Shown: positions 30,165 to 40,627 of the stretch, piece by piece
Position numbering within the stretch: the first letter of the stretch is position 1
Layout of the letters: each line of letters starts with the position of its first letter
From: Thermoproteota archaeon
GTDB taxonomy: Archaea > Asgardarchaeota > Njordarchaeia > Njordarchaeales > Panguiarchaeaceae
Reading direction: 5' to 3'
Length of the DNA stretch: 64,000 bases
Assembly (NCBI GenBank): GCA_024720975.1
Contig: JANJXX010000005.1
Location: forward strand, 1-64,000
Notes under the pieces: model-generated
Databases searched by the model: none
What the model was told of the DNA's origin: nothing
What the model saw: only the letters and a program-made list of their open reading frames with translations
Translations under genes and position numbers: made by a program

Positions 30165-30997
30165 AAATAAAGTTCCTAGCAGCGGACTCCCTTGGAGTTC
30201 GATCAATGGCGACCTTTGTTGAAACCTCTGACACTACCATATTAATCGACCCTGCTGCAGCACTTGGTCCAAGAAGATATGGTCTGCCCCCGCACAAACT
30301 GGAAAAGGAGGCTTTAGAATACTCCTGGCAGAAAATCTCTGAAGCATCTGAGGAGTCTGAAGTTATAATAGTGACACATTACCACTATGATCATCATAGT
30401 CGTAAAAGGAACGTTGAAATCTACAAAAACAAATTGCTACTGATAAAAGACCCTAACTCATTCATAAACAGAAGTCAACGATGGCGTGCTTATGCATTTC
30501 TAGAAAGCATCAAAGAACTGCCGAGCGAGATAGCTATTGCAGATGGCAAAGAATTATTTATTGGAAACACACAGGTGGTTTTCAGTAGACCCGTCTTCCA
30601 TGGAGAACCTAAAAGTAAATTGGGCTTCGTTCTTGAGGTTTTCATTTCTGACTCAAATAAAAGTTTTATATTTTCATCAGACGTTGAGGGTTTGCTTGAT
30701 GAATCTCAGATAGATTTCATATTGAGGATGAAAGCAGATATAGTGTATCTCGATGGACCCCCAACATACCTAGGAAGTAAAAAGATGGATCAGCTATTGC
30801 ATATCAGCCAGACTAATATAGAACGAGTAGTTAGGCTGGTAAGGCCGCAGTTTCTCATTATAGATCATCATCTCACTCGCGACTTAAACTTTAAAGCATA
30901 CTTTGAAGGTTTTAATAATTTCATCACAGCAGCAGAATTTATGGGCCAGAACCCCAATCTTCTCGAAGCGAGGCGAAAAGAACTATGGAACGAATGA
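30161..30997 (+). CDS. UPF0282-like MBL-fold hydrolase
   Basis: DSLGVRSMAT, THYHYDH, SSDV, DHHLTRD. Confidence 0.88.
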   Translation: MKIKFLAADSLGVRSMATFVETSDTTILIDPAAALGPRRYGLPPHKLEKEALEYSWQKISEASEESEVIIVTHYHYDHHSRKRNVEIYKNKLLLIKDPNSFINRSQRWRAYAFLESIKELPSEIAIADGKELFIGNTQVVFSRPVFHGEPKSKLGFVLEVFISDSNKSFIFSSDVEGLLDESQIDFILRMKADIVYLDGPPTYLGSKKMDQLLHISQTNIERVVRLVRPQFLIIDHHLTRDLNFKAYFEGFNNFITAAEFMGQNPNLLEARRKELWNE

Positions 30998-31566
30998 CTA
31001 TCGAGTTCGGTCATCATTCAATGAATCTAGTATTCAAAGCAAAGCAGATAAACTTGAAAATATATCTTCCAAGACTCCACCACCGCGCAATTAGGGAATT
31101 CAAAGTCCTCCAGATTCTGCATAACCATGGCTTATGTGTTCCGCGTCCGATGAAATTAATGAATGCCTCAAATTGCTCAATATTGATTAGAGAATACGTA
31201 GAAGGAATGGCGTTTCATGAGGCACTAGATAAACTTGACGCAGAATCTTTGAGGAAAGTATTAACAAGCTTAATAGAACAGATTCACATGATAGAAAATC
31301 TTGGGATATACATACCAGAGTTTACATCACTATCAAAAAATGTCGTAGTCAACAGGGACAAGCCATACATAATTGACCTAGAGAGAGCATTGTTTAGGAA
31401 AAAACCAATAGTCACACAATTACTCGGCTTGATAATTAAACTCTCCAAGAACCCGAAATTGTATAGAAAGCTCTCTCAAATTATCAAGTTAGAAGAAATA
31501 AAATCTGCGGCTAAGGTTTATAGGGAAACAAATGACATCAAAGCTATCCGGAATATATTCGTTTGA
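30985..31566 (+). CDS. RIO/Bud32-like kinase-domain protein, N-terminally short
   Basis: RE...L..L...VPRP, IREYVEG, KNVVV, IIDLE; no Gly-rich loop and no HxD. Confidence 0.6.
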   Translation: MERMTIEFGHHSMNLVFKAKQINLKIYLPRLHHRAIREFKVLQILHNHGLCVPRPMKLMNASNCSILIREYVEGMAFHEALDKLDAESLRKVLTSLIEQIHMIENLGIYIPEFTSLSKNVVVNRDKPYIIDLERALFRKKPIVTQLLGLIIKLSKNPKLYRKLSQIIKLEEIKSAAKVYRETNDIKAIRNIFV

Positions 31567-31964
31567 TTATTGATCCACCTCGTGCGTTTAACAACACAGT
31601 TCCACTTGGAGTTTTCTTAGAACTTTAAGGATGGGCCATTGGAGGTTTTTCTGTGAATCAGAAAATAAACACTATCGTTGTGATGTTATAGTTCCGTTCG
31701 CACACGATCCTTTGCTTTGAGGCAGTTATGTCTTTCTATCCTTTCGCTTGGTATTACGAGTAAGCACGCATTACGTCTCTTTTGGTGTTTTGCACGCTAG
31801 AGTAAGAAGTTACGATGTGTTTGACTTATGGAAGCATCAACATGAATTAATACCCCGAATATTTCATATGTATCAGCTTTCTCTTATATTTACCCTTATT
31901 TAACTTTTATTAGGGGAATTAGCAAATAATATTGTCCCGCTAATTGCTAAAGCAGGTTTTTTGA

Positions 31965-32468
31965 ATGGTCGAAAGTTTAGATTATTACATAAACCTACGT
32001 CAAAAAGTTTTATCTAAGCTAAGGGAAAGACTGAGTGAAATGGAGTCGCTATTAGAGAACGCAACACTTATCCTAGGAAAAGCAATGATTCATCCAGTCG
32101 ACTTAACCGTTGTAGAGAGCATTGTAAGACTCCTAGATTTTAAGTATAGAGCTCTGTTCTTTGATCTTGAATTCATGGATGTAATAGCCGTAGACGGAGA
32201 GCTTTGGTTCGATATTAAAGTGAGCATTATAGAGAAACTTAATCCAATGATGGAAGAAATGAGTCGCACGTTTTCGCGGTTATCAGCATTATTATCAGTT
32301 CCAGAAGTTTTTCCTGACAATATTCCGCACGGGACAGTAACAGAACTTAAGGAAAAACTTAGGGAGCTTCTTGGAGACATGCTTAAAACTGTTAGAGGTT
32401 TCAAAACGTATACTCCTAAAATGCTTCCCGAAGATAAAATCAAGAGAAGGATAGAAGATTTTAGATAA
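31965..32468 (+). CDS. Hypothetical helical protein
   Basis: 167-aa ORF. Confidence 0.6.
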   Translation: MVESLDYYINLRQKVLSKLRERLSEMESLLENATLILGKAMIHPVDLTVVESIVRLLDFKYRALFFDLEFMDVIAVDGELWFDIKVSIIEKLNPMMEEMSRTFSRLSALLSVPEVFPDNIPHGTVTELKEKLRELLGDMLKTVRGFKTYTPKMLPEDKIKRRIEDFR

Positions 32469-32512
32469 GTCTCCCCTTATTTTATATTGCATCTCACCTC
32501 CAAGTGTGTTGA

Positions 32513-33610
32513 TTGTCTGACGTTATAATTGTGGGCGGAGGCTTCGCCGGAAACTTCTTGGCGTATAAGCTAGCAGATAAAGGCATTAGCGTGAAAGTTT
32601 TTGAGGAGCATAGAACTATAGGGTATCCATCCCACTGCAGTGGATTAGTTAGTAGAAAAGGTCTAAGTAGATTAGGGATACTTCAGGAAATATTAAGCAG
32701 AGGTATGGTATTATCAGCGCATAGATGTCTGCGAATTCGAGCTTATAATAAGTCTAGGATAATTCAGCTCAGCGGTGATGAGCTTTTTGTTATTGATAGA
32801 CCCTCTCTCGACAGACTCCTATTCGAAAAAGCAGTGAATCGCGGGGCAGAGTATTACTTGGGAGAAAAGGTAAGCGCGATAGAAAAGGATGGCTGCATTA
32901 AAATTCGCACAAAGCACTACAGATCTAAAATTGTCGTTGATGCAGAGGGAGCTGCAAAAAAACTCGCACGTGGATTTGTATCTAGACTTACAGAGACAAT
33001 ACCAGCCCTTCAGATAGATGTAAGTGCTCGATCTAATAAAAAGACAGATGGTATTATAGATATTTACTTTAATACTCCTGATTTTTTCTCGTGGATTATA
33101 CCCATCGGGGATAACGTCTTTAGACTAGGCGTTGCCAGTAGATGGATCAATGATAAATACAAATTCCTAAGCGATCTGGCGAAGGTCAAACTAGGTTCAT
33201 TCAAGGTAATCAACATTTTTGGTGGTCTCGTAAATACCGGTGGACCATTGGATAAATTCGTCTTTGGCAAAGTCGCGCTTGTAGGTGACGCGGCGGGCCA
33301 GACAAAACCAACGACAGCTGGCGGAATTGTATGGAGTGGAATTTCGGCATGTCTCCTTGCAAAAGTGATAGAATTAAATATTAGCGGATATGTAAACATG
33401 TCCGCCTATGAGAGGCTCTGGGAAAAACTGTTCGGTTCTCATGTTTTGTTAATGTCAATGATCCGCAAAATCCTATATCTTGGCAATCCTCAAACGAAGT
33501 TGAACTTCCTACTATCGTTGCTTCCAAGCGTAATTACTGTGAGTTTTGATTATGATTTTCAATTCGATTTAATTCAAAAATTAACTATGTACTCTAGGAA
33601 AAATCACTAG
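32513..33610 (+). CDS. Geranylgeranyl reductase family FAD oxidoreductase
   Basis: VGGGFAG, HCSG, IDR..LD, DAEG, FSWIIP, VGDAAGQTKPTTAGGI. Confidence 0.88.
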   Translation: MSDVIIVGGGFAGNFLAYKLADKGISVKVFEEHRTIGYPSHCSGLVSRKGLSRLGILQEILSRGMVLSAHRCLRIRAYNKSRIIQLSGDELFVIDRPSLDRLLFEKAVNRGAEYYLGEKVSAIEKDGCIKIRTKHYRSKIVVDAEGAAKKLARGFVSRLTETIPALQIDVSARSNKKTDGIIDIYFNTPDFFSWIIPIGDNVFRLGVASRWINDKYKFLSDLAKVKLGSFKVINIFGGLVNTGGPLDKFVFGKVALVGDAAGQTKPTTAGGIVWSGISACLLAKVIELNISGYVNMSAYERLWEKLFGSHVLLMSMIRKILYLGNPQTKLNFLLSLLPSVITVSFDYDFQFDLIQKLTMYSRKNH

Positions 33611-33658
33611 TGATGAAAAGAGGGTCATCCGACTGTAATGACGAAAACACTTATCTGA
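33610..33658 (+). ncRNA. Box C/D sRNA (predicted guide for 23S rRNA helix 69)
   Basis: C box GTGATGA 33610-16, guide AAAGAGGGTCAT, D' CCGA 33629-32, C' ATGACGA 33638-44, guide AAACACTTAT, D CTGA 33655-58. Canonical ~50-nt archaeal layout. Confidence 0.85.
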
Positions 33659-33752
33659 AGGATATAAATTTCTCATATACAAAGTTTTATGCAGGTAGTG
33701 GTAGTTACCCGCCCAAGTGCAGGTTCAGGAACGCAAACCACGGGGAATTATC

Positions 33753-34352
33753 ATGAAGGTACTTCAGAGTTGTATTGAAATAAAGATAGCTGTGATTGGA
33801 GATGAAGCCGTAGGTAAGACCGCAATTACGCGTAGATATCTTGGAGAGCCATTCACTGATTATAAGCCAACTTTAGCTGCAGACCTATACTTGAAGCGTA
33901 CTTCATACAATGTTGAACCTTTCGGGCGATGTGACATTATGTGGATTATAGTTGACATGTCGGGACGGCAGATATTTGAGTTTATTAGACAACAATACTA
34001 TAGGGGTGCCAAAGCAGCAATTGTGGTTTTCGATGTTTCACAACCAGAGACATTCAAATCCATTCCAAGATGGATAAAAGAATTTTGGAAGTATAGTGGT
34101 GGCATGAATCCTTTTATAATCATCGGTAACAAAATAGATCTTAGAGAGACAACGAATTGCATCCCCTATGAATACGGAGCTAATTATGCTAAGGAGCTCT
34201 CTAGAGTAGCTGGGATGCCGATAACTTATGTTGAAACTTCAGCAAGGAATGGAATTAATATTGAAAAAGCATTTGAACTATTGGCGAATACTATAATTAC
34301 CTCCCTAATCATGAAGCAAGAGAGCAGAGAGGTAGGAAAATTGCATGAGTGA
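33753..34352 (+). CDS. Ras-superfamily (Rab-like) small GTPase
   Basis: GDEAVGKT, YKPT, DMSG, YYRGA, GNKID, ETSA. Confidence 0.9.
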   Translation: MKVLQSCIEIKIAVIGDEAVGKTAITRRYLGEPFTDYKPTLAADLYLKRTSYNVEPFGRCDIMWIIVDMSGRQIFEFIRQQYYRGAKAAIVVFDVSQPETFKSIPRWIKEFWKYSGGMNPFIIIGNKIDLRETTNCIPYEYGANYAKELSRVAGMPITYVETSARNGINIEKAFELLANTIITSLIMKQESREVGKLHE

Positions 34353-35514
34353 GATTATCCTAGGAAGGCTCTCCGGTGAAGTGACCCTCAAATCTCGTGG
34401 AGTAATAAGGAGTTGGCTTAACCTTCTTGTCAAGCAAATAGAAAGAAGACTCCAGAGAAAGAACCTAAAAGCAAGCATTCAAATTCTAGAATTGCGTGTA
34501 ATTGTAGAGCCAAAAGAAGATTCTAATATTGAACTAATAGCCGATAGTGTTGCAAAGACTTTCGGTATAAAAGAAGTAATCATTGCTAAGAAAGTACCCT
34601 TAAACATTGATGATATAATTAGCGCATCAAGAGAAGTTGTGTCGAATTTCTCTGGGACATTCGCTGTCAGGACACACAGAGCCTACAAAGGATTTCCTGT
34701 AACAAGCATTGAGCTCAACAAAATTATTGGCGAGGTCTTGGTGAGAGAGAATAAAAATCTTAAGGTAGACCTCAAAAATCCAGATTTGGAACTGAGGATA
34801 GAAATACGGAAAGATGGCGCATATGTTTATAGAAAGAAAAAAGAGGGGCCCGGCGGTTTGCCGTATAGTGTTTCAGGAAGAGGCATAGCACTAATATCAG
34901 GTGGCATCGACTCATCAGTAGCTGCCTGGTTGGCGATGAAGAGAGGCATGAAGATAATCGCACTTCATGCTGATATGGGGGAGTATTACTCTGATCGTGC
35001 GAGAAACAGAGCTAGGGCTGTATTAAAGTGGCTGGCTGACTGGGTGCCATCAGGTAAATTAAAAGCATATATAGTTCGTGTAGCAAAACTACATGAAAGG
35101 GTAAAGTTGCCCTCAGACGAGTTTAGGTGTGTCTTCTGTAAAATGCTGCTAGTAAAGCTAGCAGAGTTGGTAGCTAAAAAAGAATCTGCTCATGCGATCA
35201 TAACTGGAGAAAGCCTGTCACAAGTAGCCTCGCAAACACCACAAAACATCAAAATTATAAACCTTGTGACGAGTTACCCGATATTGCGGCCCTTGATATT
35301 TATGGATAAGTCAGAGATTGATAGCATAGCTCAAAAAATTGGTCTGTACAATATTGTAAGTATTGATGTGGGCAGCTGTCTCCTTTTACCTCGCAGACCA
35401 GCTTTAAAAACCGACGATAGGTTTGCAACTAGGTTAATTGAGATCTTGTACTCATTACCACTCGAGGAGACTTTAGAAAGAGATGCTGTGGTTGAATTTA
35501 TAAGTTCGGCATGA
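34345..35514 (+). CDS. thiI: tRNA 4-thiouridine synthase ThiI
   Basis: GEVTLKS, THUMP, GPGGLP, SGGIDS, TGESLSQVASQT, RPL. Confidence 0.92.
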   Translation: MSEIILGRLSGEVTLKSRGVIRSWLNLLVKQIERRLQRKNLKASIQILELRVIVEPKEDSNIELIADSVAKTFGIKEVIIAKKVPLNIDDIISASREVVSNFSGTFAVRTHRAYKGFPVTSIELNKIIGEVLVRENKNLKVDLKNPDLELRIEIRKDGAYVYRKKKEGPGGLPYSVSGRGIALISGGIDSSVAAWLAMKRGMKIIALHADMGEYYSDRARNRARAVLKWLADWVPSGKLKAYIVRVAKLHERVKLPSDEFRCVFCKMLLVKLAELVAKKESAHAIITGESLSQVASQTPQNIKIINLVTSYPILRPLIFMDKSEIDSIAQKIGLYNIVSIDVGSCLLLPRRPALKTDDRFATRLIEILYSLPLEETLERDAVVEFISSA

Positions 35515-35719
35515 TATGGAGTATATACTCAGCGATTTATTGTGTATTGGCAATTTCTTGCTATGTGCATAACGATTAACACGAACAAATAACAGCCACA
35601 AAAGTCAATATGATGTGAATACTAAAGGTTATAGATGGAGTTTAGCAAGTGCAAAACTTTTTAAGGTAAATACAGGGTATATATTTATATGGAATAAAGT
35701 TAATTCAGGTCTGGTGGAT

Positions 35720-36751
35720 ATGGCGCTGCAGCATGCAAAAAAGAATACAGAGAAAAATACTATGCACCTAGTGACAATGAGTGACATGGATATGGATGCC
35801 CTTGAAAGCAATTTTATGCCAAAATACGGCGTCTGTCAATACTGTAATGTGCCTCTGGAATATGATAATGAAAGGGATGAAGTTCGTTGCCCGGAGTGTG
35901 GACGCGTTTATGATAGCTTCATAGAACCTTATGCTGAGCTTGAATTTCCAAGAACGGAAGGGGAAGAAGAAGTCTCTCAGATGCACAGAAAGATAAGTTT
36001 GGCCGATAGATATTCAATAGAAAGTGAGATTCGAAGAAAACACTTAAAGGAAGCTAGTGACATTCTTCGTAAAGCAGCTGAAATGCTAGGCTTGTCGGCT
36101 AGTAGTGCAATTGTTAGGACTGCTCAAGAATCTTTTGCTAAATATACTAAGATGCAAAAAACTAGAAGTGACAGTTTGGAAATAACGGCATATGCTGCGT
36201 TATTAGCTACAGCTAGAGATTTGGGATATGCGATCACTGAGGAGACCCTGCTTACAGTCCTTGGAAAGAATGATCCTCAAGAGATAAAAAAGCTTGCTAA
36301 GCAAATAAGATCTAAGAGACGTGAAATAACTAATGTGCTAAAGTTGAGAACGTCGCTCGTAGAAGACTTAGATCAGCCTCTTAAGCTTCTTGAAATATAT
36401 AGGGAGAGGTTCAAAAGTGTACCTATTTTAAGCGAGCACGTTGAGGCCATAACTCAGAAAGTTTATGATCTATGGAACAAGGCAAAAAACGACCTAATGA
36501 AACTAAATAAAATTCCAAAGAGTATAATAACGTCGCTAACGTATGTTGCGGCCTTGCTGGTATTGCCACCGGAAAAGAGAGTTCGCATAAGGCAATTTGA
36601 CATTACTGAAGTATTCCAGACGACACCAATAACAATAAGGGATGTACTGCCTATAATTCTTAAATACCTAACCCCCGAAGAGCGTCAAATATTGAAAGTT
36701 TGCATGAGGAGGGGAAGAAAGACATCAAAGTTAGTTAATAAAGATAAGTAA
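35720..36751 (+). CDS. Divergent transcription initiation factor IIB-like protein
   Basis: CQYC...CPECG Zn ribbon, two cyclin-like repeats, terminal Q..I...F.TT.ITIR HTH. Start uncertain. Confidence 0.7.
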   Translation: MALQHAKKNTEKNTMHLVTMSDMDMDALESNFMPKYGVCQYCNVPLEYDNERDEVRCPECGRVYDSFIEPYAELEFPRTEGEEEVSQMHRKISLADRYSIESEIRRKHLKEASDILRKAAEMLGLSASSAIVRTAQESFAKYTKMQKTRSDSLEITAYAALLATARDLGYAITEETLLTVLGKNDPQEIKKLAKQIRSKRREITNVLKLRTSLVEDLDQPLKLLEIYRERFKSVPILSEHVEAITQKVYDLWNKAKNDLMKLNKIPKSIITSLTYVAALLVLPPEKRVRIRQFDITEVFQTTPITIRDVLPIILKYLTPEERQILKVCMRRGRKTSKLVNKDK

Positions 36752-36972
36752 ATCAAGTTAATAAACAGCTCACATCTATTTCTTTGATGCATCTCGAAAC
36801 CGAAATAAGTTTGAGTATCAACATACCTTTGAAAGTCGTTAAACAGCGTTTTCAACTCAATTTCTAGCAGATTCTAAAATAATTAGACAAACGCTGAAAC
36901 GGATCCTAATTTGACATTTTCATAGCAATGGAAAGCATACTACGGGCTCTTAGGCTCTTTTGCAAATGAAAA

Positions 36973-38310
36973 TCAGAGGATATATGTTTCAGTCCAATTA
37001 AAGTTGTTAACAAAGTTCATTAGATCGCTCTCTATATACTTAAAGTTCTCCTCAACGCCGTACAAAACAATCATTCCGGTTAAGTCGTATTCCTCTATAT
37101 TCGTGACAAACACATAGCACAGTAATTTAAGTTCCACACGGGGACCGAAGTCTGAAATCGTCCTCATAGTTGAGTTTAAATTAAGATACATTCTCGCAGT
37201 TTGTGAAGCTTGATACTTTCCTACCTTATATAGGGTCACAGTGGGTTCGAAGTGTCTGATACCCTGCATTATTAGCCATGCTAGAAATTGCAGACTTATT
37301 ATCTCCTGTAGAAGAGTCAGATCACAATCGCCTGTCTTTAAATCTATTATTTTCTTCGCACTGCGGATTAGATATAAGTTGATGCCTGCTTGGTACCAAT
37401 AACTGTCCTCATATATATGTTGAGTAGGATATGTTATGAAAACTGTCCCGGAAACGCCTAGTGGCGACCATACGTAAGACATGCGCATTTCATGTATGCT
37501 CCAGTCGCCCGGCAGGAAGTTCTTGATACATTCATGAACTTTTCTCTCGGGAGACAACATGTAAAATCCTCCAACAAGCGCAATTGGCGCAACGATTATC
37601 AGTAGAAGAGCCAGCCCGAATGCTTGTCTCTTATAGTTAATCTTTCCCTTCACAGAAGAAAGCACAGTTTCGAGATCTAGCGCGAGCCATACTATGCCGT
37701 ATAGAATTAGCGGTCCGGCGCTATCTATTATCATCAGGTATATTGTTGTTTTCACAAGCTCCAGCATAGTTCCAGAGAAGACATCTACAAACAATGTAGA
37801 ATATAGCGTTAGATCTATGATAACCAATGCCGGAGGAGCTACTAATAGCATAATTGCACCCAAGGTTTGTGGTGGTATTCTGACCTGAGTGAAAACCGGC
37901 AGAAAACTTATTGCTAGAAGAAACAATCCAAATCCAGTTAACGAAATGCCGGCAATTTTTATCCCCAATTCCGGTGAAGACAATAGAAAAACGCCCGAGC
38001 TCAGGAATAATACTGGGATAAGTATGTGTCGGGGACCAAGTTTTTCTAATCTACCTTGAATGAGGCTGAAGGCGACTCCAAGGAAAAGTGAGTATATTAT
38101 GTATGATGGCACCTTCCACGCCAATAAGGGATCATGAAGAAGTGTAGCCATCACAAGAGGCGTTAAAGTTGCAATTATCGCTGTATCAAGAATTGGGACA
38201 AGGCTAGCTGCGAAAACTATGCCTACCTTATCTAGAACAGTGTAACCGAAACTTTCACCTACCAGGCCAAGTATTGAATTCATCAAAACAAAGCACAAGA
38301 TTATCAACAA
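36973..38310 (-). CDS. Multi-pass membrane protein with C-terminal soluble domain (N-terminus weakly ECF S-component-like)
   Basis: About 8 TM followed by a ~190-aa hydrophilic domain. Confidence 0.6.
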   Translation of the reverse strand: MLIILCFVLMNSILGLVGESFGYTVLDKVGIVFAASLVPILDTAIIATLTPLVMATLLHDPLLAWKVPSYIIYSLFLGVAFSLIQGRLEKLGPRHILIPVLFLSSGVFLLSSPELGIKIAGISLTGFGLFLLAISFLPVFTQVRIPPQTLGAIMLLVAPPALVIIDLTLYSTLFVDVFSGTMLELVKTTIYLMIIDSAGPLILYGIVWLALDLETVLSSVKGKINYKRQAFGLALLLIIVAPIALVGGFYMLSPERKVHECIKNFLPGDWSIHEMRMSYVWSPLGVSGTVFITYPTQHIYEDSYWYQAGINLYLIRSAKKIIDLKTGDCDLTLLQEIISLQFLAWLIMQGIRHFEPTVTLYKVGKYQASQTARMYLNLNSTMRTISDFGPRVELKLLCYVFVTNIEEYDLTGMIVLYGVEENFKYIESDLMNFVNNFNWTETYIL

Positions 38311-38595
38311 TTTACGCAGATACCTTATCAGTTATGACACCTAGCTAATCAAACTACGCCTCTCAATGGTTCGAAAAGCTTGAAAAACCCAAACCATAAA
38401 ATTGACAAAAATTCGTCAAATATCCTTAAGTACACAGTAATAAAGCTTTTTTAGACACAAGTAGCATTTATCTAGATAGATCTCGATTCAAAGTGATTCG
38501 ATGAGCCGGTAATTTCCAAATGGTTGAGACTTCTATCGCGGGTTCCCCATAGCCATATATAGATTCTTTGCGCTTTTGTCTAAGTAGGTAACATG

Positions 38596-38920
38596 TTGGA
38601 CTGTTTTCTTTGTGAACTTTTTAAGCTATTTTAGCTACTACAGATACATAGAAACAAAAGAGAAACCAGTGAGCATAAAGATTTTTATACCTTAATTCTA
38701 TATGAACTGATATTAGGCTCTCGCCTCAATGACGGCGTGGTGGTCATCAGAGGCGGGAGGATACACCTGTCTCTCGAGGCGGGCTTAGTGGTGCCCGTCG
38801 ATGTAGCTCCCGATGACCCTGCGACAAATGAGCAGGTGCTGAGGGAGAAGCCCGTGTCGAGTATATCTATGATATTTAAAATACCTAAACAAACCCAAAT
38901 AAGCGACACGGACAACCACT
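38596..38920 (+). mobile_element. Non-autonomous tnpB-derived mini-element copy 1 (promoter + tnpB 5' remnant + putative omegaRNA)
   Basis: Shares the left segment GACTG...TTTTTAAGCT...TAC..GAA and a ~200-nt right segment (CGCCTCAATGACGG...CAACCACT) with two other copies. Confidence 0.75.
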
Positions 38921-39024
38921 TAATGATGATTTTATATTTGTCTTAAGCTACTGCAATATCATAGTTGATTTCCTAATGTATTATTGTTGGAATAGAGTAT
39001 CGACTGAGTCCCGTGGTGAAATTA

Positions 39025-39711
39025 ATGAGCGAACAGAAAGGGGAAGAATCCAAAATGTCAGAAGAATCGCAAGTCGAGGCGGAAGCTGAGAAGATCCTCA
39101 AAGAACTTGAAGCTGGCGAGATTAAGCTTTTTGATAGATGGAGTTGGAAAAACATAGTTGTAAGGGATCCGGGTCTTGTAACGTATATATCTTTAAAACC
39201 TATGTATGTTCCTCATAGCTTTGGTAGGCACGAAAAAACGCGTTTTGCGAAGGCGAAAGTTAATATAGTTGAGAGATTGATAAATAGATTAATGACACCG
39301 GGCAGAGAAAAGGGTCAACCTAAGACCGGCAGGTTTACTGGTAAAAAACTTCATGCCATGAAAATTGTAGAGGCAGCATTTGAAATAATAGAAAAATTGA
39401 CAAAGGAGAATCCTATACAGGTATTCGTGAGAGCAGTGGAAAATGTTGCTCCGAGAGAGGACTATACATCTTTCAGAGTTGCAGGAATTATCAAGAAATT
39501 TGCAGTTGATATAAGTCCGCAGAGAAGGGTAGATTTAGCTCTTAAATTCATAGTATTAGGTGCTAGGCAACGTGCATGGAGATCACCAATTAGTATAGCC
39601 GAAGCCCTTGCAGAGGAGATAATTGAAGCAGCAAAGGGTCCAGATAATGTAAACTCAATAGCCGTAAGCAAAAAGATAGAATTAGAAAGGATAGCAGAAG
39701 CCGCCAGATGA
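39025..39711 (+). CDS. rps7: 30S ribosomal protein uS7
   Basis: KLFDRW, PHSFGRH, IVERLIN, NPIQV, PRED, VDISPQRRVD, ERIAEAAR. Confidence 0.96.
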   Translation: MSEQKGEESKMSEESQVEAEAEKILKELEAGEIKLFDRWSWKNIVVRDPGLVTYISLKPMYVPHSFGRHEKTRFAKAKVNIVERLINRLMTPGREKGQPKTGRFTGKKLHAMKIVEAAFEIIEKLTKENPIQVFVRAVENVAPREDYTSFRVAGIIKKFAVDISPQRRVDLALKFIVLGARQRAWRSPISIAEALAEEIIEAAKGPDNVNSIAVSKKIELERIAEAAR

Positions 39712-39713
39712 TA

Positions 39714-40466
39714 CTATTCCACAGTTTTCAAAAATTCTTCTATTGCTTCTATCGTTTGCTTAAGCATAGCTGAGAATAGTCTTTCCCCCTTTTCCCTTGA
39801 TGCTCTACTAGGATAGCCCAGCGCACCAGTATCGGTAAATTCTATTGTTCTCCAGGGATATATAGCTCTGCTCTTGCTTCGAAAATCGAGATGTTTACCC
39901 AAATGACGGAGCTTTGGATCGATAACCTTGTTAAGACGTACTAGATTAGGTTCTTCGAATAGCATTATGGATGTTTCAAATTCACAAGCATGTCCCCATA
40001 CATCGCTCTCAAGAATTTCTTTTACTGTGTCGTTAATTAGTTCCCAAGGATTAATAAGGAGAGCATTGATCTTATATTCAAATTTCAATTTCCTAACAGC
40101 TTCTGAAAGTGCATTAGTATTACCCCCATGTCCATTTATAATTATTATGGCTCGAACGCCATGCTTTGCTAAACTATTTGCAATTTCACAAACGAGTCTG
40201 ATAAGAGTCTCAGAGGAAATTGTTATTGTTCCTGGAAAATCCATGTGATGCTCAGAGACACCATAATACACCGGAGGAAGAACAAGTATAGAACCACCAA
40301 AATTCTTGGCTACTTCCAGGGAGAATTTGTATGCACTTATTGTATCAGTTATTAAGGGCAAATGATATGCGTGTTGTTCCGTGCTTCCGATGGGTAAGAT
40401 AGCGGCTCTTAATCTGGGAATAGCATTCTTGATTTCGTCCCAACTACAGAATCCCCATTCATGCAT
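39714..40466 (-). CDS. Creatininase/MftE family amidohydrolase
   Basis: PIGSTEQH..HLP..TD, NGHGGN, HACEFETS. Confidence 0.9.
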   Translation of the reverse strand: MHEWGFCSWDEIKNAIPRLRAAILPIGSTEQHAYHLPLITDTISAYKFSLEVAKNFGGSILVLPPVYYGVSEHHMDFPGTITISSETLIRLVCEIANSLAKHGVRAIIIINGHGGNTNALSEAVRKLKFEYKINALLINPWELINDTVKEILESDVWGHACEFETSIMLFEEPNLVRLNKVIDPKLRHLGKHLDFRSKSRAIYPWRTIEFTDTGALGYPSRASREKGERLFSAMLKQTIEAIEEFLKTVE

Positions 40467-40627
40467 ATAAAATCCCTAGCACTAATTGCAGAATAGTTAG
40501 TCTCAAAATAAGATCCAGTAGAGTTTCTTTCAACTGAGAACAGAATTCAGCACTTAATTGCTCGTATTTTAAAAAGGTTATTTGGACTTAACAACCTAGC
40601 AAATATACCATTGAACGGTGAAAAACA

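Noticed and set aside
31567-31964. 400-bp gap as a hidden gene or RNA
   Set aside because: No tRNA, C/D or coding signature recognised.
38585-38605. A defined TAM or target-site duplication at the left end
   Set aside because: Copies 1 and 3 have TTG before GACTG but copy 2 has CAA. Three copies are too few, so IS605 versus IS607 cannot be decided.
38685-38946. Short ORFs 38737-38946 (+) and 38685-38915 (-), and similar ORFs at 41435-41720
   Set aside because: They are reading-frame remnants of the tnpB tail/omegaRNA or its antisense; copy 3 has lost the frame.
38923-39007. Second C/D sRNA (ATGATGA ... CTGA) before rps7
   Set aside because: Spacing is too long, there are no convincing internal D'/C' boxes, and the region looks like an AT-rich promoter.
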